Source: an uncultured Bacilli bacterium (GTDB lineage: Bacteria > Bacillota_I > Bacilli_A > RF39 > UBA660). From it: DNA of 64,000 nt. The position numbers were made by a program, and so were the translations under genes. Of the stretch, positions 44,396 through 54,950 are shown in pieces (position 1 is the first letter of the stretch; each line of letters opens with the position of its first letter). Where the stretch lies: positions 7,835-71,834 of the forward strand of contig CANQKO010000003.1 in NCBI GenBank assembly GCA_947624505.1. The letters run 5' to 3'. The notes beneath the pieces were generated by a model. The model made no database searches, was not told the origin of the DNA, and saw nothing but the letters and a program-made list of their open reading frames with translations.

Positions 44396-46438
44396 ATGAC
44401 ACAAGAAAAATTAGAAAAATATCGTTCATTTATTGCTCAAATGAATGATAAAGAAAGAGAAATTTATTTTAGAAATGTTGCCGCTGGTAAAATAAAAGCC
44501 CCTTTAACAGGTTATCCTCATTTAGATAGAATGTGGCTAAAATATTATGATAAAAACTTTTTAGAACAAACCTTACCAGAAATGACTATTACTGAGTATA
44601 TGAAAAGTCATAATAAAGAAAAAGAAAATATGAATGCTATAAGTTATTTTGGCAAGCATATAAAGTATAATGAATTGTATGAGCAAATTGATAACGCTTC
44701 CAAAGTTTTAACATCTTTAGGTGGTCAAAATGGCGATAGAGTAATGTATTTAATGGCTAATATTCCAGAAACTGCTTATTTATTTTATGGAGGATCTCAA
44801 ATTGGTTTAACTTCTGATTATGTAGATCCAAGACCAGATAGTGTCAATCCAAAAATTAGTGCTGAAAAAACTCTTCAATTAATTCAAAGTGAAAAAGCAA
44901 AATACATTGTAGCTTTAGATCAATGTTATTTAGCAATGCTAAAGCCAATTGAAAATGAACTTAAAAATATGGGAATAGATAATATAGTTTTGGTATCAGC
45001 TAGTGATTCAATGGATGTTAAAGCCCAAATTAATTATTTAAGTGAAACTGCAAATTTTGAAGGATTAAAAGCATTAAAACAAAAGTTAAATAAAATGAAA
45101 AAAATTGAAGAATTAGTAAGTAATGCTAGAAAAACTTCAACAATAAAAACGTTAGATTATAAAAATTTAGTTAATGATTCTCGTTATACTAATTTTAATA
45201 TTGCACCATTTAATCCTAAACAATTAGATTTAATTGTTCACACATCAGGTACAACTGGTTCTATGCCTAAACCAATTTCTCTTACTAATGATAATTTAAA
45301 TTCTTATGTAGAACAAACTGTTGGTGCTAATATGCCGATGGGCGTTGGTGATAGAGTTCTTCATATGTTACCATATTTTGCGGCATATGGTGTTGCTGAT
45401 GTAACTCACGCCGGATTATTTCACGGTTGTGATTTAATTCAAATTCCAGAATTTGCTCCAGCTAATCTTGGGAAAATGATTTTAAAATATAAACCACAAA
45501 TTATTATGGGGCCTCCATCTTGGTTCTTAGGATTATTAAAAGATCAATCATTGAAAAATAAAGATTTATCATTTTTAAAAATGGTGAGCTGTGGTGGCGA
45601 TGTTTTAGAAATTGAAGATGAAATTAAATTAAATAAATTTTTAGAAGAACATAATTGTAGTATTAAAATGTCAAAAGGTCACGGTATGTCAGAAACTACT
45701 GGTTGTGGTTCTAATGCTATTGAAACTTATAATGATTTAGGAAGTATGGGAATTCCTATGCCTCGTACCGTATATGGTGTTGTTAATCCTGACACAAAAG
45801 AATTATTAAGATTTACGGATGATGTTGATAAATTAGAGGGCGAACTAATAATTAGTGGTCGGACAGTTACGCCGGGTGTTCTAGACGATAGAACTATTGT
45901 TGAACATAAAAAATATGATGGAATGGATTTCATATGTACAAGAGATATAGGTTCAATGGATAAAAGAGGAGTAATGAATTTCTTATCAAGAAGCGATAGA
46001 TCTTTTACAAGATATGATGGATTTAAAATTAAACCTCACGTAATAGAAAATATTATTAAAAAAGATGAAAATGTTAAATATTGTGTTATCTCTCCAGTAT
46101 ATGATAATAAAAGATTTGGAAATATTGTATTAGCGACAATTGTTTTAGAAGATGATCTACAATTAAGTGATGCTGAAAAAGTTGATTTTGTTAAGAATTT
46201 AATTGATAAATACTTTATTCATAATCCTGAAGTATCTTCAAGACAAATACCTTATAAGATAAGATTTAGAGATTCTTTAGTTTATTCAGCAAATAGTAAA
46301 AATGATTTTAATGCTTTAATTAAAGAAGGCCTTTCAGGGGAAGAAATTACAATTGAACTTGAGGAAACAAATATTTCAGTTGGAGATATTAATATTATTC
46401 CACCAGAAAAAAGTATGCAAAGGAAAATTCAAAAGTAA
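44396..46438 (+). CDS. AMP-binding (adenylate-forming) enzyme, acyl-CoA ligase-like
   Basis: AMP-binding signature HTSGTTGSMPKP, plus GHGMSET and later GD/KR elements. 680 aa with extended termini. Confidence 0.75.
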   Translation: MTQEKLEKYRSFIAQMNDKEREIYFRNVAAGKIKAPLTGYPHLDRMWLKYYDKNFLEQTLPEMTITEYMKSHNKEKENMNAISYFGKHIKYNELYEQIDNASKVLTSLGGQNGDRVMYLMANIPETAYLFYGGSQIGLTSDYVDPRPDSVNPKISAEKTLQLIQSEKAKYIVALDQCYLAMLKPIENELKNMGIDNIVLVSASDSMDVKAQINYLSETANFEGLKALKQKLNKMKKIEELVSNARKTSTIKTLDYKNLVNDSRYTNFNIAPFNPKQLDLIVHTSGTTGSMPKPISLTNDNLNSYVEQTVGANMPMGVGDRVLHMLPYFAAYGVADVTHAGLFHGCDLIQIPEFAPANLGKMILKYKPQIIMGPPSWFLGLLKDQSLKNKDLSFLKMVSCGGDVLEIEDEIKLNKFLEEHNCSIKMSKGHGMSETTGCGSNAIETYNDLGSMGIPMPRTVYGVVNPDTKELLRFTDDVDKLEGELIISGRTVTPGVLDDRTIVEHKKYDGMDFICTRDIGSMDKRGVMNFLSRSDRSFTRYDGFKIKPHVIENIIKKDENVKYCVISPVYDNKRFGNIVLATIVLEDDLQLSDAEKVDFVKNLIDKYFIHNPEVSSRQIPYKIRFRDSLVYSANSKNDFNALIKEGLSGEEITIELEETNISVGDINIIPPEKSMQRKIQK

Positions 46439-46505
46439 AATTTTGAATTTTTTTTATTTAATAATAAAATAAATATGATATACTTATTATAGATAGTAGA
46501 AAGTA

Positions 46506-48356
46506 GTGGTAATTTTGAGTCAAATTAATCAAGCCCCAATGGTATTAAATATTTTTTCATTGATAATATTAATTATTTTAAATGTTGTATTTTTTTCTAA
46601 GAAGAGATTACATAAAGTAGAAGATAATCTTTATGCATTCTTAATAATTATGGAATCTATAACTATTAGTGTTGGTATAGTTCTTGGAGGATTATTATAT
46701 GCTACAATACCAAATAAATTTTTTTGGATTGCAGCATTAAATAAAGTTTATTTATTAGGACTAATTGTTTCAAGTTCTATTTTTGCTTATTATACTTACT
46801 GTATATCTCACTTGTATAATCCTAAAAGCAATTTACATAAGGCAATATATTTTACCTTCTTGTTTATTGTATTGTTTTTGATAATTGTTCTTCCAGTTGA
46901 TGTTCAAGAAGTGGATGGTATTGCCGTAACTTCAGGATTAGTGCTAATTGTAACTTCCGTCATTTCAATTCTTCTTTATATTGTATTGTTTCTTTTACTT
47001 ATTGTTGATTTTAAAAATATTAATAATAAAAAGTATATTCCAATATACATCCTTTTAATTGAAAGTATTATTACAACTGTAGTACAGATGATATATCCGG
47101 ACTTAAATTATTTTATAAATCCATCTGCAGTTATAACTTGTTTGATAATGTACTTTACCATTGAAAATCCTGATTTAAAAATGATAGAGCAATTAAATAT
47201 TGCTAAAAGTCAAGCAGAGAAAGCAAATAATGCTAAAACAGATTTTTTATCTAATATGTCTCACGAAATTAGAACACCTCTTAATGCCATTGATGGCTTT
47301 AGTCAATTAATTCTTGAAGAGGATGATATAAATGTCATTAAAGATGAAGCAAGAGATATAATTGAGGCTAGTCAAAACTTACTTGAAATAGTAAATGGTA
47401 TTTTAGATATTTCGAAAATTGAAGCTAATAAATTAGAGATAGTTAATACGGAATATGAACCATCTAAAGTATTTGATGAACTAGTTAAACTTACCAAAGC
47501 GAGAATTGGTGATAAACCTCTTGATTTTCGCATCTCTTTTGATAAAGATATGCCAGATTATTTAAATGGTGATTATGTAAGACTTAAACAAATCGTTTTA
47601 AATTTACTTACTAATGCCGTAAAATACACTAAAGAAGGTTTTATTGAATTTAAAGTTAGTACAGTTAAAAAAGATGGGGTATGTCGTTTAATAATCAGTG
47701 TTAAAGATAGTGGTATTGGTATTAAAAGGGAAAATATTGATAAATTATTTACGAAATTTGAACGATTTGATTTAGAAAAAAATATGACTATTGAAGGAAC
47801 TGGTTTAGGACTTGCTATTACGAAAAAATTAGTTGAATTAATGAATGGTAAAATAGTTGTTGATTCAGTGTATGGTAAAGGCTCAACATTTACAGTTGCA
47901 ATAGATCAAAAGATAGTTAACAAAGAAAAGAAAAAGATAGAAGAAGTAAAAGATGTAAAAGTTACTAAAACAATAATTGCTAAAGGTAAAAAAGTTTTAA
48001 TTGTTGATGATAATTTAATTAATTTAAAAGTTGCTGCCAGATTATTATCAACTTATAAAATTACAACCGAAGAAGTTTCTAGTGGATTTGATTGTCTTAA
48101 AAAGATTGAAGAGGGTAATACTTATGATTTAATCTTAATGGATGATATGATGCCTAAAATGAGTGGAATGGAAACATTTAAAAAATTACAAGAAATGGAA
48201 GGCTTTAACACTCCAGTTGTAGCTCTTACTGCTAATGCTATTGCGGGGATGAAAGAAAAATATTTAAATGCCGGCTTTAATGATTATATATCTAAGCCAA
48301 TTGAAAAGAAAGAATTAGAAAGAGTTTTAAAAGCATATTTAAATGCTAAAAAATAA
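46506..48356 (+). CDS. hybrid sensor histidine kinase (7 TM + HisKA + HATPase + receiver)
   Basis: Seven hydrophobic helices in aa 1-215. H-box [12 protein letters not shown]-box [10 protein letters not shown]-boxes DSGIGI / GTGLGLAI. Fused receiver with [13 protein letters not shown]. Confidence 0.88.
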   Translation: MVILSQINQAPMVLNIFSLIILIILNVVFFSKKRLHKVEDNLYAFLIIMESITISVGIVLGGLLYATIPNKFFWIAALNKVYLLGLIVSSSIFAYYTYCISHLYNPKSNLHKAIYFTFLFIVLFLIIVLPVDVQEVDGIAVTSGLVLIVTSVISILLYIVLFLLLIVDFKNINNKKYIPIYILLIESIITTVVQMIYPDLNYFINPSAVITCLIMYFTIENPDLKMIEQLNIAKSQAEKANNAKTDFLSNMSHEIRTPLNAIDGFSQLILEEDDINVIKDEARDIIEASQNLLEIVNGILDISKIEANKLEIVNTEYEPSKVFDELVKLTKARIGDKPLDFRISFDKDMPDYLNGDYVRLKQIVLNLLTNAVKYTKEGFIEFKVSTVKKDGVCRLIISVKDSGIGIKRENIDKLFTKFERFDLEKNMTIEGTGLGLAITKKLVELMNGKIVVDSVYGKGSTFTVAIDQKIVNKEKKKIEEVKDVKVTKTIIAKGKKVLIVDDNLINLKVAARLLSTYKITTEEVSSGFDCLKKIEEGNTYDLILMDDMMPKMSGMETFKKLQEMEGFNTPVVALTANAIAGMKEKYLNAGFNDYISKPIEKKELERVLKAYLNAKK

Positions 48357-48393
48357 AAAGTATGCTATAATAAAGAAGAAAGTAGGAAAGAAT

Positions 48394-48759
48394 ATGAAAG
48401 ATGTAAGTATTTTAACGAATAATGGAGTTGACTTAAATAAGGCTTTAGAATATTTAGGGGATTTAAGTTTTTATGATGAAACTTTAGAAACTTTCTTAGA
48501 GGAAAATAAAGAAAGAGTACCTAAAATCGAAAAATATCTAAAAGATCAAAATATGGAAGATTATGCTATTTTAGTTCACGCCATCAAAAGTGATGCAAGA
48601 TATTTAGGCTTTTCTTCTTTATTTGATATAGCTTATGCCCACGAAATGGCTAGTAAAGCAAATAACATTGATGAAGTAAAAAAAGAATTTGAAAAATTAA
48701 TTAAAGAAATCGAAAAATATACTGATTTAGCTAATAAATATTTAGGTACGGAGGAATAA
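48394..48759 (+). CDS. Hpt (histidine phosphotransfer) domain protein
   Basis: Hpt signature LVHAIKSDARYLGF in a ~120-aa helical protein. ATG 48394 follows AGGAAAG (the ORF track starts at 48343, inside the kinase gene). Confidence 0.75.
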   Translation: MKDVSILTNNGVDLNKALEYLGDLSFYDETLETFLEENKERVPKIEKYLKDQNMEDYAILVHAIKSDARYLGFSSLFDIAYAHEMASKANNIDEVKKEFEKLIKEIEKYTDLANKYLGTEE

Positions 48760-48760
48760 T

Positions 48761-49141
48761 ATGAGAAAAATTTTAGTTGCGGATGATTCAAAAATTATAA
48801 GTAATATTGTGGAAAGAGCTTTTAAAGATGAATATGAAACTTTAATAGCTAGTAATGGGAGAGAAGCTATTGATATTATTAAAAATAATGTTGATGGCGA
48901 TATTGTAGGGCTTCTTTTAGATTTAAATATGCCAGAAGTTGATGGTTTTGCTGTCTTAGATTATTTTAAAGAAAATAATTTATTTAAAAGAATACCTGTA
49001 TGCATTATTACTGGTGATGTGCAAAAAGAACGGATTGATAGAGCATTTAACTATGATATAGTAGATGTTTTAGCTAAACCTTTTACTTTTGAAAATGTTA
49101 GAGAAGAAGTTGAAAAAATAATAAATTTAAGTATGATGTGA
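48761..49141 (+). CDS. stand-alone response-regulator receiver (CheY-like, no output domain)
   Basis: [23 protein letters not shown] and AKPF elements. 126 aa. Confidence 0.85.
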   Translation: MRKILVADDSKIISNIVERAFKDEYETLIASNGREAIDIIKNNVDGDIVGLLLDLNMPEVDGFAVLDYFKENNLFKRIPVCIITGDVQKERIDRAFNYDIVDVLAKPFTFENVREEVEKIINLSMM

Positions 49142-49145
49142 TAAT

Positions 49146-49802
49146 ATGGATAAAAATGTTTTTAAAAATATAACTTATGGTTTATATGTTGTTACTAGTA
49201 AGTATAATGATATCTTAAGTGGTTGTATTGTTAATACTGTTAGTCAAATAACTAGTGTTGATCCTGTCGTAGCAATATCTATTAATAAAAATAATTACAC
49301 GAATGAAATAATAAAGAAAAGTAATATTGTAGCTATCTCAATACTTGATGTAAATACTAATAAAGATTTAATAAGCAAATTTGGTTATAAATCTTCTAAA
49401 GATATTGATAAGTTTACTGATACTTCTTATGAACTTATTGATGAAGTACCGGTTGTTAAGGAAAATACTAATGGTTATATTATTGGGAAAGTTATAAACA
49501 TTATTGATGTAAATACTCACGATATCTTCTTAGTAAGTGTTAGTAAAAGCGCTCTTTTTAATGGGGATGATTCTCTTACTTATAAAGATTATCAACTAAA
49601 AATGAAAGGAACATCCCCTAAGAATGCCCCAACTTATATAGAAGTTGAAACAAATAAAACTTCTTCTAATAAATATCGTTGTATTATATGTGGACATATT
49701 TATGATGATGGTGTCGAAGAAATACCTTTTCACCTTTTACCAGATGATTGGGTATGTCCTGTATGTGGCGTTTCTAAAGATAAATTTGAAAAGATAAATT
49801 AG
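49146..49802 (+). CDS. flavin reductase-like domain fused to rubredoxin
   Basis: N-terminal flavin-reductase-like fold ([26 protein letters not shown]). C-terminal rubredoxin [10 protein letters not shown]...[13 protein letters not shown]. Confidence 0.8.
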   Translation: MDKNVFKNITYGLYVVTSKYNDILSGCIVNTVSQITSVDPVVAISINKNNYTNEIIKKSNIVAISILDVNTNKDLISKFGYKSSKDIDKFTDTSYELIDEVPVVKENTNGYIIGKVINIIDVNTHDIFLVSVSKSALFNGDDSLTYKDYQLKMKGTSPKNAPTYIEVETNKTSSNKYRCIICGHIYDDGVEEIPFHLLPDDWVCPVCGVSKDKFEKIN

Positions 49803-49823
49803 GCATCATTGGATGCTTTTTTT
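49801..49823 (+). terminator. intrinsic terminator ending the phosphorelay operon
   Basis: GGCATC-ATTG-GATGCT followed by T7. Confidence 0.7.
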
Positions 49824-49885
49824 ATGTTTTTAATTGCTAGATAAAGGAATTTATGATAACATATATAACTATGAAGGTGATTTAA

Positions 49886-50593
49886 GTGCAATTATTAATA
49901 ATATATTTAGGGACGGTAATAGGAAGTATTATAATAAAAATTAAAAATCTTTTAGATTTAAGTAAAGATATTGGTGATATGGGTTATAAGGCAATAGATA
50001 ATGAATATTATAGTCCAAAAAGAGATTATTCTCTTTTAATACCTATTTATAATTTATTTAAAGTATTAGATGAACGATTAAAATATAAACAAACTATAGA
50101 TTACTTTTTAAATGATTTACCTAATAATCCTGATTTTGAACCATTTAATGATATCGAAGCTGAAGCATACTTAAATAAGCAAACAGGATTAAATGCTTTA
50201 CTAGTGCCAATTATGTATAAAAGAAGACTGGAGAAGGCTTCCGTACTAGAGATTACCAAAGGTGATATTACCGGTACTGTTTATTATGAAATTAGTGATG
50301 AAGAATTTATAGTTTTAGAGGCAAAAGGGGAGATAGCTAAACTAAGTGTTGAAGAACAAGAAAAATTAGTTTTTGAATATTGGCAAAGAGTCGTTTATAG
50401 AGGAATAAAAACTTATGGGGGAATTGAAAAATTAATGGAAGCAATGGCTAAAAATCCATCTTTAGATTTAAAAGCAGAGGATGATGAACCTGAACCAGAA
50501 ATTGAGGAAATAAACGAATTTATTAATGAAACTGTTAAAGAAGAGTTTTCAAATGCCCCAGAGAAAGCACGTAAACTAAACAGAAAAAGATAA
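49886..50593 (+). CDS. hypothetical protein with N-terminal hydrophobic segment and acidic C-terminus
   Basis: 235-aa ORF with a GTG start after GAAGGTGA. No family recognised. Confidence 0.5.
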   Translation: MQLLIIYLGTVIGSIIIKIKNLLDLSKDIGDMGYKAIDNEYYSPKRDYSLLIPIYNLFKVLDERLKYKQTIDYFLNDLPNNPDFEPFNDIEAEAYLNKQTGLNALLVPIMYKRRLEKASVLEITKGDITGTVYYEISDEEFIVLEAKGEIAKLSVEEQEKLVFEYWQRVVYRGIKTYGGIEKLMEAMAKNPSLDLKAEDDEPEPEIEEINEFINETVKEEFSNAPEKARKLNRKR

Positions 50594-50594
50594 T

Positions 50595-50617
50595 AAAAAG
50601 GAGAAATTCTCCTTTTT
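50595..50617. terminator. bidirectional terminator between convergent genes
   Basis: AAAAAGGAGA-AAT-TCTCCTTTTT, with A/T runs on both sides. Confidence 0.7.
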
Positions 50618-53294
50618 AATTTAACCCTGTATCGGGATTAGAATTTTCTCCTTCTGTATTACTATTACCATCATCAACCCAATCACTTACATTGCCATCA
50701 ATGGTTTTAGCATTAATTACTAGACCATTACTTATGTTATCTTTAAATATTGAATATGAAGATTTAATTTTAAAGGTATATTCACCACCAACCGTAACAT
50801 TATAGCTAAATGTATTACTATTAGTGTATCCGATTTCTGTTTCGGTTCCATCGCTATTTACTAAGTAAATACGATATCCTAAAGTACCAATTTTACTATT
50901 ATTATAACTTAAACGGGCATTATAATATTTTTCCACATATTTACTATCATAATATTTTTTAAAATAAGCATCTAATTTATTTAAATCAATTGCATCTGGA
51001 GTAGCTATTTCATTCCATTTAAGTGTAATAGTATTATTAGCATAAGTATATGTTCCATTAGTTGGATCCTCTAAAGTATCATATCTATTGGAAACATCCG
51101 TTGGTTCTGTTCCTTTAACAAACCATTCATCTAAACACATTTTTTCATTTTTTATAGATGGTGAGTAAGTCTTATTGGTAGTTGGTGTATACTTACTGCA
51201 AAGTTGTGGTGGGAATGTTTCTGCTTCAATTTGGACTTTTACAACATTTTTAGGAACTGTAAAGTGCTCATTTTTCTTATGAATATTTTTTGATAAATAA
51301 TTCATAATACTTCTTCTTGGTTTACTACCTAAACTACTTGTTAAATACCACCCATTTTCTTCGGCATTTTCATAAATATGATCATATCCAACCCAAAGGC
51401 CAATAGTATAACTAGGAGAGTAGGTAATCATCCATATATCCATAACTCTTCCAGGTTTTAAATGGTATCTTTCAATGTCTGCATCACTTATATTGGTTGT
51501 TCCGGTTTTACCAGCCACATCTGTATTAGCAGGTCCTTGATAAGAATCATAAGCACTTATTAAAAGATTAGTCATTAAATAAGCAGTTGATTCTTCCATA
51601 ACTTTTTTCTTTTCATAAGTATTTAAAGTTTCTTTATTATTATTTCTTGTTTCAATTACTTTGGTATAACCATAAGGTTCAATATAATAACCCCCTCTAG
51701 CAAAAGCCCCATAAGCCGCGGCTAAATCTAAAGGCGATGTACCATTTTCCCAACCGCCAATAGCGTTTGACTCATATATCTCACCATTACTTTGAGGATG
51801 AATATTAACACTATCAAGGAAATTTAATATTATATTTTTATCTAAATTATATAATTCTCTAAAAGCTAAAACTGCTGGAATATTACGAGAGTCTTTAACT
51901 GCCCAACGCATTGGAATCAAACCATCATAACCACCATCATAGTTACTAAATGAACCGCCACCAGTATAATTAGTTGGTTCATCTAAGAACATTGCATAAG
52001 TACTTTTAGAAATATTTTCAATATACATTGCATATTCAACTAAAGGTTTAGCAGTAGATCCGGGTTGTTTATCAACATCAGTTGCCCAGTTATAAGTTTG
52101 AGCTTGATAATTTTTTCCTCCCGATAAAGCCACAACTGAACCATCTTTAGTAGATGTAACAGCAATACCTTCATCTTCTTTTTCATTTCTAAATTCATAA
52201 ACTTTACCATCTTCAACTTTTTCTAAAACGGCTTGAATCTTAGGATCAAAAGTAGTGTATATTAATAATGATGATTTACGAGCATCAATTCCTAAATCTT
52301 CTGATACTTCATCTAAAACATAATCGATAAATGCTTGATTACTTTCAACTTCCATATTATTTTTGGTATCGTGATTAATAATTAATGATTCAATAGGAAT
52401 AGCTAAAACATCATTCATTTGTTCTTCCGTAATATATCCGTGTCTAACCATTAATTGTAATACCGTTTTTTGTCTAGTTTTACATCCTTCAGGATTTTTA
52501 AAAGGATTAAATCTAAAAGGTGCTTGAAACATTCCTGCTATAATGGAAGCTTCAGCTAAATTTATATCTTTACTAGATTTACCAAAGAAATATTGACATG
52601 CTTGTTCGATACCAAATGTACCACCATAATTTATATTTCCTCCCCCAAATTGGAAAGTATTTAAGTAAAATTCAATAATTTCTTCTTTAGTGTATTTGGC
52701 TTCAAGTTTAAAGACTGACATATAAACATCTTGGAATTTACGAACAATTTCTTCAATTGGGTTTGCATCTGTTCCGGAATTGGTGTCGGTTGCTGTATAT
52801 CTATTTTTTATAACTTGCATATCTAGAGTAGAGGCTCCACCGGCATCATCTTGACCTAAAAGTTGTAAAACAGAGGCTTTTAAAAATCTAAATAAATCAA
52901 TACCATTATGTTGGAAAAATCTTGAGTCTTCTGTGGCTACTAGGGCATCAATTAATACATCAGGTATCTCATCATAGGTAACTACCGTAGCGTTTGCTTC
53001 TCCAACTCTTGCTAATTCATCGCCATTAACATCATAAAGAATAGTAGGTTCTATTTGATATAGTTTTTCTTTTTCAAAATCAGGTGAAGAAATAATAATA
53101 TATAAAGCAAAAGCTAAACCAATACTAATAATCCCAATAGCAATAATTAATAAAACATTTAAAACAGTTTTCCATACTATTTTTTTGCTTTTTGGTTTAG
53201 TCTTTTCTCCTTCTTTCTTTTTTTTAGGTAGTTTTTCCTCTATTTTACCTTTCAAATTATTTACTTTATTTTTTATATTACTTGTCTTCTTCAT
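50616..53294 (-). CDS. ponA: class A penicillin-binding protein (glycosyltransferase GT51 + transpeptidase) with C-terminal Fn3-like extension
   Basis: GT51 motifs EDSRFFQHNGID and GASTLDMQ. Transpeptidase motifs STAKP, SRN, KTGT. Conserved recU-ponA arrangement. Confidence 0.92.
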   Translation of the reverse strand: MKKTSNIKNKVNNLKGKIEEKLPKKKKEGEKTKPKSKKIVWKTVLNVLLIIAIGIISIGLAFALYIIISSPDFEKEKLYQIEPTILYDVNGDELARVGEANATVVTYDEIPDVLIDALVATEDSRFFQHNGIDLFRFLKASVLQLLGQDDAGGASTLDMQVIKNRYTATDTNSGTDANPIEEIVRKFQDVYMSVFKLEAKYTKEEIIEFYLNTFQFGGGNINYGGTFGIEQACQYFFGKSSKDINLAEASIIAGMFQAPFRFNPFKNPEGCKTRQKTVLQLMVRHGYITEEQMNDVLAIPIESLIINHDTKNNMEVESNQAFIDYVLDEVSEDLGIDARKSSLLIYTTFDPKIQAVLEKVEDGKVYEFRNEKEDEGIAVTSTKDGSVVALSGGKNYQAQTYNWATDVDKQPGSTAKPLVEYAMYIENISKSTYAMFLDEPTNYTGGGSFSNYDGGYDGLIPMRWAVKDSRNIPAVLAFRELYNLDKNIILNFLDSVNIHPQSNGEIYESNAIGGWENGTSPLDLAAAYGAFARGGYYIEPYGYTKVIETRNNNKETLNTYEKKKVMEESTAYLMTNLLISAYDSYQGPANTDVAGKTGTTNISDADIERYHLKPGRVMDIWMITYSPSYTIGLWVGYDHIYENAEENGWYLTSSLGSKPRRSIMNYLSKNIHKKNEHFTVPKNVVKVQIEAETFPPQLCSKYTPTTNKTYSPSIKNEKMCLDEWFVKGTEPTDVSNRYDTLEDPTNGTYTYANNTITLKWNEIATPDAIDLNKLDAYFKKYYDSKYVEKYYNARLSYNNSKIGTLGYRIYLVNSDGTETEIGYTNSNTFSYNVTVGGEYTFKIKSSYSIFKDNISNGLVINAKTIDGNVSDWVDDGNSNTEGENSNPDTGLN

Positions 53295-53859
53295 TTACAA
53301 ATCCTCCAATTAAATCAACATACTTTAAATAATTAATTCCTTTATTATAATTATATTCTAAAACATAACCATATTCTTTTATATAATCATAAGGTATACT
53401 TTTTCTTTTATAAGTATCGATAAAAGAAATAAAATCAGGTCCATTAAGTAAATAGATAATATCATTCATTCTAATTATTAGAAAAACAATTCCTCCGTGT
53501 TTTATAACATTTCTAATATGTTTTATTTGATGTGGATGAACATTATTAAGAGGAAAAGCTGTTTTAGATTCTGTATTCTTTGCATCAAATTCCACATATT
53601 TACCTTTATATAGACCATTATAATCAAGAGTTGATTGAGTAGCAAAATATGCTTTATTAATTACTTGTTTATTATTTTCATAACTTACTTTGACAACACC
53701 AATGGGAGTGGGTTTTTTATATATTAAAGCTATATCTTTTTCTAAATAGTATTCGTTAGTTTCATTAATAATATTTTCTAAATCCATACCTCTATTAGCG
53801 TAATTAATATTTTTATGAAATTCTTTTTTTATTTTATTAGGGTAATTCACATATTTCAC
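53278..53859 (-). CDS. recU: Holliday junction resolvase RecU
   Basis: 193 aa. Family-typical NRGMDLENIINETNEYY...IYKKPTPI and DYNG..KGKYVEFDAK. Overlaps the ponA start by 17 nt, as in Bacillus. Confidence 0.85.
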   Translation of the reverse strand: MKYVNYPNKIKKEFHKNINYANRGMDLENIINETNEYYLEKDIALIYKKPTPIGVVKVSYENNKQVINKAYFATQSTLDYNGLYKGKYVEFDAKNTESKTAFPLNNVHPHQIKHIRNVIKHGGIVFLIIRMNDIIYLLNGPDFISFIDTYKRKSIPYDYIKEYGYVLEYNYNKGINYLKYVDLIGGFVNEEDK

Positions 53860-53917
53860 CTATAAACAATTATATCAAATTTTTATCTATTTATAAACAT
53901 TAATCAAGAAAAAATGC

Positions 53918-54877
53918 TTACTTGACAAAGTAAGCATAGTATTCATCAAAAGTTATGTTATTTTCATAAATATATGTGGCAGCTTCAATGCCAACATAAC
54001 GGTAATGCCAAGACTCATATTCATACCCAGTTACAGAAACTTTATCACTTGGATATCTTTCAATAAAACCAAAACGGTGAGCATTTTCTTTTAACCATTT
54101 ATAAGAATCGGTATCTTTAAAATTCTTTTGACCGGTTCCTTTTTCAAAAACATCCATTGTAAGTCCCGTTTGATGTTCAGAATGCCCAGGTCTTGCGGCA
54201 ATACTATCGGCATAATTGGTACCGCCACTTTTGGCATAATCATTATAAGTTTCTTCTTGTTCTTCATTAGTTCTATATGATGAATTAACCATTAAATAAT
54301 AACCATTATTATGAGATTCTTTCCAAAGATTTAAGAAAGCCTCATAAGCTTCTTTAGTCATTTTTTGACTACCTAATTCACCATATGCATAATCAAGAGA
54401 GATCGTTACTAAATCTTCAGGGACATAATCTTCAGGTAAATAATAATATTTATTAACTAATATTAAATTTCCTTTTGATAAATCGGTTTCTAAAGTATCA
54501 GTATAATATTCTTTATTAGTATTAGTATTAACAATTTCCACTATACTAGTTAAACTTTTATCTTTATTATTTTGATAATATTCTATATAATCATAAAACT
54601 TATCATAAATAAAATATTTTTCTTTAGATATCGTTAAGTAGATATCATCTTTTTCTTGCTTTAAAATATATTCTAATTCCTTATCTTTATAAGTTTTAGC
54701 TAAATATGAAGAAGTATCTAAATCATAACCAACTGTAGTAAGCTTATATTCATAAGTTTTTTCATAAGCCATTTTATCTTTAATTTTAATGAAAGAGTAG
54801 ATACCTAAACTTAGAACTAAAATAACTACGACAACAATAACGATAATTTTTTTAACACCCTTTTTTAATCTCATCAA
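53918..54877 (-). CDS. membrane-anchored M15B (VanY-type) D-alanyl-D-alanine carboxypeptidase
   Basis: N-terminal anchor. Motifs SSYRTNEEQ, GHSEHQTGLTMDV and ESWHYRYVG. Confidence 0.82.
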   Translation of the reverse strand: MMRLKKGVKKIIVIVVVVILVLSLGIYSFIKIKDKMAYEKTYEYKLTTVGYDLDTSSYLAKTYKDKELEYILKQEKDDIYLTISKEKYFIYDKFYDYIEYYQNNKDKSLTSIVEIVNTNTNKEYYTDTLETDLSKGNLILVNKYYYLPEDYVPEDLVTISLDYAYGELGSQKMTKEAYEAFLNLWKESHNNGYYLMVNSSYRTNEEQEETYNDYAKSGGTNYADSIAARPGHSEHQTGLTMDVFEKGTGQKNFKDTDSYKWLKENAHRFGFIERYPSDKVSVTGYEYESWHYRYVGIEAATYIYENNITFDEYYAYFVK

Positions 54878-54950
54878 TCATTCTCCTTATAAAAATTATA
54901 ACATAATAAAGAAAAATACTAAACTTTAAATTGTTTAGTAAGATAAATTT

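Noticed and set aside
45727-45933. 68-aa antisense ORF inside the AMP-binding enzyme gene
   Set aside because: It is the antisense of a motif-supported CDS.
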